From an uncultured Actinomycetes bacterium (GTDB taxonomy: Bacteria; Actinomycetota; UBA4738; HRBIN12), in contig CAVQPR010000001.1 of NCBI GenBank assembly GCA_963714865.1, positions 1,342,942 through 1,406,941 on the forward strand: DNA of 64,000 nt, written 5' to 3'. The notes beneath the pieces are model-generated. The model saw only the letters and a list, made by a program, of their open reading frames with translations, ran no database searches and was not told the DNA's origin. Positions 14,755-23,380 of the stretch are shown one piece after another (within the stretch, counting starts at the first letter, position 1; every line of letters starts with the position of its first letter). Made by a program: the position numbers and the translations under genes.

Positions 14755-14814
14755 CTAGCTAATAAGTACGAGGACGGCTCGTCCTGCGTCGCTCCTGCTC
14801 GTCAACATGGTCAT
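14755..14814 (-). CDS. ilv/leu attenuator leader peptide (MTM)LTSRSDAGRAVLVLIS; the true start is probably ATG 14808
   Basis: Run of GTC CTC GTA CTT ATT (V-L-V-L-I, partly rare codons) just before TAG; followed by a GGCGCGGC/GCCGCGCC hairpin and the terminator; absent from the ORF track. Confidence 0.85.
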   Translation of the reverse strand: MTMLTSRSDAGRAVLVLIS

Positions 14815-14817
14815 GAC

Positions 14818-14845
14818 AGTTTAGGGGTGCACCGCAAGGTGTCAA
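14818..14845 (-). promoter_or_regulatory. Housekeeping sigma promoter of the ilv-leu operon
   Basis: TTGACA (14845-14840), 16 nt spacer, TAAACT (14823-14818). Confidence 0.7.
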
Positions 14846-14880
14846 CTCTGCAGGCGGCATGCGAGCGTGATCAGCACGGC

Positions 14881-16200
14881 CTAGGCGCTCTCCTCGAAGG
14901 GAGCCCCGACGAAGTAGCCCTCGCCCCCGATCCGGCATGCCTCGGGGATCCCGCCGGTCACGAGGGATCCGATATGGCTCAAGGAGACGTTCCCGCCTCC
15001 GAGCGTGATCGGTCGGCCGAGCTCGCCGACCCCCCTGCCGATCGGATCGACCAGAACATCGCGGCCCTCCCGTTGGAGCAAGACGTATCCATCCGGAAGG
15101 ACGACGTACTGGGGACGGTCCCCGGGACCGGACGACACCGCCAGGCACCCGTTGTGGACGGTGAGCTCGCTCCCCTCGCCCCCGCCGAGAGCATCCATGC
15201 CCGCCCCCGTCGCCGGGTAGGTCAGGACCCTGGCATCGACGACCGCTGACGGCCCGACCACGTTCAGCACGCCGAGGGGCGATGCCAGGCCCAACTCCGG
15301 GACGCAGGCGACGACGCCGTGGGACCCTTCTTCGAGCGCGGTACCCACGCCGCCCAAGGCCAGCGGTATCTCAAGACGCTCGCCGGCGGCGATCTCGTAG
15401 CTCAGACGGTCCGAGGGGAACGCGGTCGCAGGGCCACCCACCTCTTGGCCCGTGTCGAGGTCGAACACATGTGGGATGCCCCAGTACCCGCCTTCCTGCG
15501 ACCACGCCGAGTTGTTGCCGTTCATGAGGAGCAGCGGGGAGTTCCAGACACCCCCCTCCAGGACGACATCCTGGGACCACCTGAGCTCCATCCCACGACC
15601 ACGCTGGGCAGGCGTCGGCTGTCGGGTCGCGATCTGCTCCTGGATCAGCTTGTCGCCACCGTCTCGTAGCTCGAAGCCGATGACCCACCAGTCCTCGGTA
15701 TCGCGCGGCGACGGCGCGGCGAACGTGACGACGTCCGCTGATGTCTCGATGACCCGCCACCCGTCCGACGGGGCATACCTCCCGGCGCTCGAGGCAACGT
15801 AGGCGCGCAGCGCGTCGGTCCCCGGACCCTCGATCGTCACGATCGCCTCCCCGTCGCCCTCGAACACGCTGGCGGCATAGGGCGTCGTTTCGTTCCCGAC
15901 AAGCAACGTCACGTCGGGGTCGAAGGCCGGCACGTCGCAGACCGCGGCCGGATCCGCCTCGATGGGGGCGGCCGTACCGGGGGTCGGCGTGTCGAACGCC
16001 GGTTGGGACGAACCATCGCCGCCGAACGCCGTCCACACGACCGCGAACGAACCCGCCGCGATCGCTGCCGCGACGATCCCCGCGGAGGCCCGCTTGGTGC
16101 GACGGCGCCTGACGACGCGCCGCTGCAGGCGATCCCACCCGTGAGGGTCGGCGCTGAACCCAGCGGCGGCGCGATCGAGGCGGTCGCGGGGATCACTCAT
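14881..16200 (-). CDS. Single-TM membrane protein, putative anti-sigma factor with a large extracytoplasmic domain
   Basis: Short N-terminus, RRRR then TM helix, Pro/Thr linker; overlaps the ECF sigma stop. Confidence 0.65.
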   Translation of the reverse strand: MSDPRDRLDRAAAGFSADPHGWDRLQRRVVRRRRTKRASAGIVAAAIAAGSFAVVWTAFGGDGSSQPAFDTPTPGTAAPIEADPAAVCDVPAFDPDVTLLVGNETTPYAASVFEGDGEAIVTIEGPGTDALRAYVASSAGRYAPSDGWRVIETSADVVTFAAPSPRDTEDWWVIGFELRDGGDKLIQEQIATRQPTPAQRGRGMELRWSQDVVLEGGVWNSPLLLMNGNNSAWSQEGGYWGIPHVFDLDTGQEVGGPATAFPSDRLSYEIAAGERLEIPLALGGVGTALEEGSHGVVACVPELGLASPLGVLNVVGPSAVVDARVLTYPATGAGMDALGGGEGSELTVHNGCLAVSSGPGDRPQYVVLPDGYVLLQREGRDVLVDPIGRGVGELGRPITLGGGNVSLSHIGSLVTGGIPEACRIGGEGYFVGAPFEESA

Positions 16201-16723
16201 CGCCGGTCGCTTCCGGCTCTCGAAGTGCCGATCGGCCCCGAGACAGATGCACCCGAACGGTGGATGCCTTGATCGTCATGGCCGCCGCGGCCTCGTCGAC
16301 CGACATGCCGTACCAGTCGACCAGCACGATGGCGGTCCGCTGTCCGAGCGGCAGTCCCTTCAGGAGCCGCCTCACCTCGTCCCGTGCATCCACTCGATCG
16401 AGGGGGTCGGGAGGCGGGGGCGGAGGCGCGCCGTGTCGAAGGATCGTGCGCAGCCGACGAGCACGACTCCGATGAAGGTTGAGCGCGGTTCGGTAGAGGT
16501 ACCCGACCGGAGAATCGAGAAGGCCCACACGGTCCCACCGCTCGAAGACGCGCACGAGGGCTTCCTGTGCAAGATCCTCGGCCTCGGATCGGCTGCCGGT
16601 CACGAGATAGAGGGCCTTGCCGAGGCGCTCGTACTCGTCCTCGAAGAAGGTCCTGAAGTCCGGCGGCGTCTCGATCCGCTCGTCCGATCCCAACCGCCGT
16701 CGCTCCGATCCGCTTGCCCACAC
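16193..16723 (-). CDS. ECF RNA polymerase sigma factor (SigE-like)
   Basis: AEDLAQEALVR (region 2), LPLGQRTAIVL...TVRVHLSRGR (region 4); start uncertain. Confidence 0.9.
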   Translation of the reverse strand: MWASGSERRRLGSDERIETPPDFRTFFEDEYERLGKALYLVTGSRSEAEDLAQEALVRVFERWDRVGLLDSPVGYLYRTALNLHRSRARRLRTILRHGAPPPPPPDPLDRVDARDEVRRLLKGLPLGQRTAIVLVDWYGMSVDEAAAAMTIKASTVRVHLSRGRSALREPEATGDE

Positions 16724-16765
16724 ATCATGAACGCGACCACGACCCCGCGCGCGTACATCCCATCG

Positions 16766-16815
16766 ATGTTCGTTTGAGATCGTTCTTGACCGGGAACGTT
16801 CGAACGGGCTAGCTT
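16766..16815 (+). promoter_or_regulatory. Leaderless promoter of the kinase-GcvT operon with an overlapping palindromic operator
   Basis: TTGACC (16786-16791), 18 nt, TAGCTT (16810-16815), 6 nt, GTG; CGTTC-N8-GAACG at 16781-16798; TGTTCGTTT at 16767-16775; CGTTCGAACG at 16797-16806. Confidence 0.6.
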
Positions 16816-16821
16816 GCGCTC

Positions 16822-17728
16822 GTGGACACGGTGCTCGAGGCCGGCCTGCGGGCCGTGCCCGGCTGGGCGGGTCGTGAGCTGGAGATCACGCCGATCGAGG
16901 CCGGCATCACCAACCGCAACTTCCGGGTCGACGTCGACGACGAGACCTTCGTGCTGCGCCTGTCCGGCCGCGATACCGACCTGCTGGGCATCGATCGACA
17001 CGCCGAGGTCGTGGCCGCTCGCGCCGCGGCGGCCGCGGGGGTCGGGCCGCCGGTGGTGGCGTTCCTCCCCGAGCACGAGACCCTCGTCACCCGATTCGTG
17101 CCGGGCGTCGCGATCCCCGAGGACGACCTGCAACGTCCCGAGGTGATCGGCCTGGTGGCGCGCTCGGTGCGCACGATCCACGGCCTGGCGCCGATCGCCG
17201 CTGAGTTCCCGGTGTTCCGCATCGTGCGGGACTACCGGCGGATCGCGCACGAGCGCGGCGTCGAGGCGCCGCCCGTCTACGACGACGCGCTCGCGGTGGC
17301 CGATCGGATCGAGGCGGCGTTGTCCGCTCGAGCCGGCGCCGTCGCTGCTCTGCCACAACGATCTACTGAACGGGAACTTCCTGCGAGACGGCGACCACGT
17401 GTGGATCGTCGACTACGAGTACGCGGGGATGGGCGACCGGTTCTTCGACCTGGGGAACCTGTCGATCAACAACGGCCTCGGTGCCGGGGCGCAGGAGGCC
17501 CTGCTGGGCGCCTACCTCGGGGAGGTCGGTGATCGCGACCGGGCCCATCTCGGACTCATGCAGATCATGTCGGACTTCCGCGAGGCGATGTGGTGCGTGG
17601 TCCAGCAGGCGATCTCGACGCTGGACGTCGACTACGTGGAGTACGCCGACCGGCACTTCACGCGCCTGATGGACTCCGCGGCGGACTCGCGGCTCGGCGA
17701 CTGGCTCGACGCGGTCAAGGGAGGCTGA
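16822..17728 (+). CDS. Choline/ethanolamine kinase-like phosphotransferase (frameshift near 17335)
   Basis: AGITNRNF, LLGIDR; after the shift CHNDLLNGNF and VDYEYAG (Brenner and ChoK motifs). Confidence 0.85.
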
Positions 17729-17729
17729 C

Positions 17730-20163
17730 GTGGACTCGTACCGCGCGATCGTGGTGGGGGGCGGGGTGGCCGGGGCCTCGATCGCCTACCACCTCACCGA
17801 GCTGGGATGGCGCGACGTCTTGCTCGTGGACCGCGACGAGCTCACGAGCGGCTCGACCTTCCACTCGGCGGGCCTGGTGGGCCAGCTGCGCTCGAGCGTC
17901 TCGCTCACGCGGATGATGATGCACGGCACCGACCTGTACCGGCGCCTGGCCGCCGAGACCGACGTCGACCCCGGCTGGCACGAGGTCGGATCCCTGCGCC
18001 TGGCCTCGTCGAAGGAGCGGATGGAGGAGCTCACCCGCCTGGTGGGCTGGAGCCAGACGTTCGGGCTGCCCCTCGAGATGGTCTCGGTCGAGCGCGCCCA
18101 CGAGATGTTCCCCCTGTTCGACACGACCGGCGTCGAGGGCGCCGTGTTCCTGCCCACCGACGGGTGGCTCGATCCGACCGGGCTCACGCTGGCCCTCGCC
18201 GCAGGGGCCAGGGCCCGCGGCGCCGAGGTTCGAACCCACACGCGCGTGACCGGGATCGACGTGCGGGACGGCCGGGTGCGCGGCGTGGTCACCGAGGACG
18301 GGCCCGATCGCCGCCGCCGTCGTCGTCAACGCCGGCGGGATGTTCGCGAACCAGATCGGCCGGATGGCCGGCGTCGAGGTCCCGGTGATCCCCTTCGCCC
18401 ACCAGTACCTGCTCACCGCGCCGATCGAAGGGGTGGAGCCGACCTTCCCCACGCTGCGCGACCCCGACCGCCTCGTCTACTTCCGACAGGAAGCCGGCGG
18501 GACGCTACACGTCGGGGGCTACGAGCGCGACCCCGCGCCCTGGATGGTGGCCGACGGGCCCCCGGCCGACTTCAACAACAAGCTGCTGGCCGAGGACTGG
18601 CCCCGGTTCGAGTCGCTGGCCGAGGGCGCCTTCTCGCTCGTCCCCGCCCTGCACGACGCCGAGGTCGTCAAGATGATCAACGGGCCCGAGGCCTTCACGC
18701 CCGACGGCGAATTCATCCTCGGCGAGTCCGACGTCCGCGGGTTCTTCGTGGCCGCCGGGTTCTGCGCGCACGGGATCGCGGGCGCGGGCGGGATCGGCAA
18801 GGTGATCGCCGACTGGATCGTCCACGGCGAGCCCGAGTGGGACGTGTGGAAGATGGACGTTCGACGGTTCGGGCCGCAGTACCGCTCGCGCGACTACTCC
18901 CTGGCCCGCGCCTACGAGGTCTACGCCACCTACTACGACATCCACTATCCCGGCGAGGAGCGCGAGGCCGGGCGGCCGCTGAAGACCGCCCCGACGTACG
19001 GGCGCCTCGCGGAGATGGGCGCCGTGTTCGGCGAGAAGTCGGGCTGGGAGCGGGTGAACTGGGTCGCCGCGAACGAGGACCCGACCCACGAGTCTCGTCG
19101 CCCACGCGGGTGGGCCGGCGAGCACTGGTCGACCGCCATCTGCGCCGAGCACCTCGCGTGCCGCGAGCGCGTCGCGCTGTTCGACGAGTCGAGCTTCGCC
19201 AAGATCGAGGTGAGCGGCGCGGGCGCGGTCGCGCTGCTGCAACGCCTGTCGGCCAACGACGTCGACCGGCCGCCGGGCACGGTCGTGTACACGCAGATGC
19301 TCGACGGCCGTGGGGGCATCCAGTGCGACCTCACGATCACGAGACTGGACGATGACCGGTTCATGCTGGTGACCGGCACCGCGTTCGGGACCCACGACCT
19401 CGGGTGGATCCGCGCGCGGCTCGCCGACGGCGACCATGCCGACGTCTCGGTGCGCGACGTGACCGGATCGCTGGCCTGCTTCGGTGTGTGGGGGCCGAGG
19501 GCGCGCGACGTGCTCGGCGCGCTGACCTCCGCCGACCTGTCGAACGAGGCGTTCCCGTACATGACCGCCCGCCAGATCGTGGTGGGCAGCGTGCCGTGCT
19601 GGGCGCTGCGGGTGACCTACGTCGGCGAGCTCGGCTGGGAGCTGTACCCCGCGGTGGAGTTCGGCGGGGGCATGTTCGACGCGCTGCTGGCGGCGGGCGA
19701 GCCCCACGGGATCGCGGTGGCCGGCTACCGCGCGATCGATTCCCTGCGCCTGGAGAAGGGATACCTGGCCTGGGGCAGCGACATCACCCCCGAGGAGCAC
19801 CCGTTCGAGGCCGGGCTCGGGTTCGCCGTGCGCATGGACGTGCCCGGGTTCATCGGCAACGAGGCGCTGGAGCGCCTCGCAGGCATGGAGCACGTGAAGC
19901 GGATGGCCTGCGTCGTGCTCGAGGATCCCAACGCGATGGTGCTCGGCAACGAACCCGTGTTCCACGCGGGAGAGGTGATCGCGCGGGTGACCTCGGGCGG
20001 GATCGGCTACGCGGTGGGGGCGAGCATCGCCCTCACCTACCTGCCGGTGGCCCTCGCCGGGGAGGGAACACCGCTCGACATCGAGGTGTTCGGCGAACGG
20101 GTGGCGGCCCGGGTGGCGACCGCGCCCCTGTGGGACCCGACGGGCGAACGGATCCGGGCCTGA
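17730..20163 (+). CDS. GcvT-family FAD/folate-dependent amine oxidoreductase (DMGO/sarcosine dehydrogenase-like; frameshift near 18305)
   Basis: GGGVAG, GSTFHSAG, NGPEAFTPDG, FGEKSGWER, RVTYVGELGWE, SLRLEKGY. Confidence 0.9.
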
Positions 20164-20825
20164 TGGGCGGCGGCACGCTCACCGCCGGCCGCGGCGAGAC
20201 CCTCGTGTGCACGATCCGCCACGGACTCACGATCTTGAACCGCGACAAGCGGGTGGGCGGGCGCACCGACGTGCCCCTGTTGGAGGAGGGTCGTGAGCAG
20301 GCACGCGCGGCGGGCGCGACGTTCGAGGGACGGCGCGTCGACACGGTGGTCGCCTCACCCCTGCTGCGGGCGATCGAGACCGCCGAGCTCGTCACCGGGC
20401 GGGACCGCGCCGCCTTCGAGATCGACCGGCTCTGCACCGAGCGATCGTTCGGCGAGATGGAGGGGATGGACCCCGCCGAGGTACCGGGGCGGTTCCCCCA
20501 GGTCGAGTACCGGCGGATCGGCCATATCGCCTACTCCCTGAACCCGCCCGGCGGCGAGACGTTTCCGCAGCTGCAGGAGCGCGCCGGGCGATTCCTGGAC
20601 GGACTGCTGGATCGCCACGCGGGCGCCCATGTCGTGGTGTTCTCGCATCAGAACTTCATGCAGCAGCTCCACGCGGTGCTCCGCGGCGAGGGCCCGTTCC
20701 GAGCGCTCGAATACGACATCCTCAACTGCGAGCTGAACGAGTTCCGACTGGGTCCAGATCGCACGCTGATCGCCCACCGGGTCGAGCAGCTGGTGCCCTC
20801 GGCCGGAGAACACGCCTCCTTCTGA
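20163..20825 (+). CDS. Histidine phosphatase (phosphoglycerate mutase superfamily)
   Basis: IRHG, SPLLRAIETA, PPGGE, FSH; TGATG coupling on both sides. Confidence 0.85.
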   Translation: MGGGTLTAGRGETLVCTIRHGLTILNRDKRVGGRTDVPLLEEGREQARAAGATFEGRRVDTVVASPLLRAIETAELVTGRDRAAFEIDRLCTERSFGEMEGMDPAEVPGRFPQVEYRRIGHIAYSLNPPGGETFPQLQERAGRFLDGLLDRHAGAHVVVFSHQNFMQQLHAVLRGEGPFRALEYDILNCELNEFRLGPDRTLIAHRVEQLVPSAGEHASF

Positions 20826-22141
20826 TGGCCTCCCGTCGGCTCGACGCCGCCCACGACGACCTGGCGACGCGGTTCGCGGAGTCGTTCCCGGCGCGGCGCC
20901 CCCGCCACACCGTCGGACGCGAGTCGGAGTTCCCGCTCGTCGACGCGACCGGCCGCGCCGGCGATCACGGGCTCCTGTGGCCCGACCTCGCCGCGGGCCG
21001 CACCGTGCTCCGCGACCCCGGCGTCGACGGCCGAGGGCTCGACATCGGCGTCGCGGCGGCGCGATGGTTCGCGATCGCCGAGGTGGGACGCGGGACGGTC
21101 GAGATCGGGGTCGGGCCGCGGCGCTCGCTCGGGGAGCTGTCGGGCGATCTCGACGACGCGCTCGGAGCGGTGGGCCCGGCCGTCACGGCGGGCGGACAGC
21201 GGCTTCTGGGCCTCGGCATCCAGCCGCGCACTCCGCCCTCACCCGCCCTGATGACGCCGAAGGTCCGCTACGCGGCGCTGTTCGAGGTGATCCCGCGCTG
21301 GGCCCGGTGGAGCGTCACCGCCAGCGATCAGGTGCACGTGCGCCTGGGTCGCGACGAGATCGTCGACGCGATGAACGCCCTCAACGCGTGCTCGGGCGCG
21401 ATGGTCGCCCTGTGTGCGAACTCGTCGGTCTACGGCGGGCAACGGGGAGCCGCGAGCGGACGCGAGGCCCTCGGCGCAGGGGTGACGTCCGAGCCCTTCC
21501 GCAACGGCGCCGTGCCGCGACGGTTCGCCGACCTCGCCGACTACGTGCGCTGGACCTCGGGACTGCGGTGCCTGATCCTGCCCGATCCCCGGGGCGGGTT
21601 CGTGCGCCCGGGCGGCACCTACGACGACCGCCTCCGCCGACGCGCGGCCGACTGGGAGGAGTACCTGTTCCACGAGCACTACTGCTGGCCCAGCGCCCGG
21701 CCGCGGGCACGGCTCGGCACGCTCGAGATCCGGCCCGCGTGTCAGCAGCCCGAGGGCTCGTTCGCGGCGGCGGCGCTGGCCGTGGGGCTCGTCGAGCGGG
21801 CAGAGGAGGTCCTGGGCTTCCTCGACGACATCCTCGGCCGCACGGCGTGGCGCCGGCTGCTCGCCTACCGCCGCCGGGCCGTGCGCGACGGGCTGCGGGC
21901 CCCCGAACCCGCGGCCGGGTTCCTCGCCGGGCTCGTCGACATCGCGGGGCGGGGTCTCGCGGATCGAGGACTGGGCGAGGCTCCGATGCTCGACGAGATC
22001 CGCACGAGGCTGGCGCGGCGGCGAGGCCCTGCCGAGGACGCCTGGCGGATCCTCGAGCGGCGCGGCGTCGACGGGCTCGTGCGCGCGATGACCCTGGGCA
22101 AGCGCTCGGCCCCGAGCGATCAGTCCGCCTCGCGACCCTGA
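20825..22141 (+). CDS. Glutamate-cysteine ligase / carboxylate-amine ligase family protein
   Basis: VGRESE, TVEI, TASDQVH, ANS, RPR...LEIRPACQ. Confidence 0.75.
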   Translation: MASRRLDAAHDDLATRFAESFPARRPRHTVGRESEFPLVDATGRAGDHGLLWPDLAAGRTVLRDPGVDGRGLDIGVAAARWFAIAEVGRGTVEIGVGPRRSLGELSGDLDDALGAVGPAVTAGGQRLLGLGIQPRTPPSPALMTPKVRYAALFEVIPRWARWSVTASDQVHVRLGRDEIVDAMNALNACSGAMVALCANSSVYGGQRGAASGREALGAGVTSEPFRNGAVPRRFADLADYVRWTSGLRCLILPDPRGGFVRPGGTYDDRLRRRAADWEEYLFHEHYCWPSARPRARLGTLEIRPACQQPEGSFAAAALAVGLVERAEEVLGFLDDILGRTAWRRLLAYRRRAVRDGLRAPEPAAGFLAGLVDIAGRGLADRGLGEAPMLDEIRTRLARRRGPAEDAWRILERRGVDGLVRAMTLGKRSAPSDQSASRP

Positions 22142-22431
22142 GAGAAGCTGTGCCCGTTCCAATACGCGCGGAGGACGGGGCGTCGGCGGCCCGACAGGCG
22201 CAGATGGATCTCGTCGGGCGTGCCACGGTCGCCGGCGTCGTAGTGCACGTCGAAGTCCTCGCCACGGAACGTCACGAACTCACGGTCGGCGCCCGGCGAC
22301 TCCGTCGAGGCCTCGAGGGTGAACACCTGGTCGAACCCGTATCCGTAGACCATCCCGATCGGCCACACGAACACCTGGCCGCCGCTGGCTCGCACGTACT
22401 CGACGACGTCGTCGGTGGCGAGGATCTTCAT
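22120..22431 (-). CDS. Hypothetical protein (possibly HesB-like fold)
   Basis: TAGGGT 6 nt upstream of ATG (leaderless); non-shadow amino acid composition. Confidence 0.65.
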   Translation of the reverse strand: MKILATDDVVEYVRASGGQVFVWPIGMVYGYGFDQVFTLEASTESPGADREFVTFRGEDFDVHYDAGDRGTPDEIHLRLSGRRRPVLRAYWNGHSFSQGREAD

Positions 22432-22468
22432 GCGTCCACCCTACGCTCGGTCTCGGCAACGGGGGACC

Positions 22469-23368
22469 TCAACTCGCCGCGGAACGCAGCAGGCGCGCGT
22501 AGTCAGGTCCGCCCATGACCGCCTCGGCCCGGTCCCAGCGCTCGATCGCCCAGCCGAAGAAGTCGAAGTCGATGTCGGAGATCTTGGCCTGGATCGCGGC
22601 CCACAGCGTCCAGCCGACGTCGGCGATCATCGCGTAGAGATCCATCCGGGCAAGTAGCACGGGGTCGAGCCGGCCGAAGTAGGCCTCGCAGAGGGCGGCC
22701 CTGAGTTCGTCGTCGTATCCGCACTCCTGCGCGGTGTCGCCCAGCTCGAAGCAGGGATCGTCGTTGCCGCTGTACTCGAAGTCGATGATCCACAGCTGGG
22801 ACCCGTCGTCGATGTAGTTCTCGGCCAGCAGATCGTTGTGGCACGGGACCCGCGGGAGCGCGTTGATCGCCATCACCGGCTCGAGCGCCTCGACCGTAGC
22901 GAGGCGGTCCCAGTAGCCGTCGGGAACGAGCACGTCGTGATCCTCGACGATCTTCACGTAGTACTCGATCGTGCGGAACATGTCGAAGTCGGACAGGAAC
23001 CGGGGGCCGGCGTGGAGGCGACGGAGCGACGCGGCCATGCGGGCGGGCATCTGGGGTTCGCGCAGGCGCTCGGGCGACATCGTGACGCCGTCGATGAACG
23101 GGAGCACCATCACGCTCCACTCCTCGACGTAGTCCAAGATCGCGGGCGAGACGCCGGTCGTGGCCGCGGCCGCCGCGTTGTGGCGTTCGTTCGCCCGGTC
23201 GACGGCCAGGAGCTCGGTCGACGCGCCGGGGATGCGCACGACGTAGCGGTCCTCGCCGGCGGTGACCACGTAGTTGGCGTTCGTGAGGCCGCCCGACAGC
23301 TCCGTCGCCACGGGATCACGCCCGCGCCACAGGTCCACCCGCTCGAGCACATCGTCGATCGTCGCCAT
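22469..23368 (-). CDS. Choline/ethanolamine kinase-like phosphotransferase
   Basis: GGLTNANY, LLAVDRANE, CHNDLLAEN, IDFEYS. Confidence 0.9.
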   Translation of the reverse strand: MATIDDVLERVDLWRGRDPVATELSGGLTNANYVVTAGEDRYVVRIPGASTELLAVDRANERHNAAAAATTGVSPAILDYVEEWSVMVLPFIDGVTMSPERLREPQMPARMAASLRRLHAGPRFLSDFDMFRTIEYYVKIVEDHDVLVPDGYWDRLATVEALEPVMAINALPRVPCHNDLLAENYIDDGSQLWIIDFEYSGNDDPCFELGDTAQECGYDDELRAALCEAYFGRLDPVLLARMDLYAMIADVGWTLWAAIQAKISDIDFDFFGWAIERWDRAEAVMGGPDYARLLRSAAS

Positions 23369-23380
23369 GTCGCTCCCTCC

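Noticed and set aside
16781-16806. GAAC/GTTC motifs as a LexA SOS box
   Set aside because: Orientation and spacing (GTTC-N8-GAAC) differ from the actinobacterial CGAAC-N4-GTTCG, and no repair genes are adjacent
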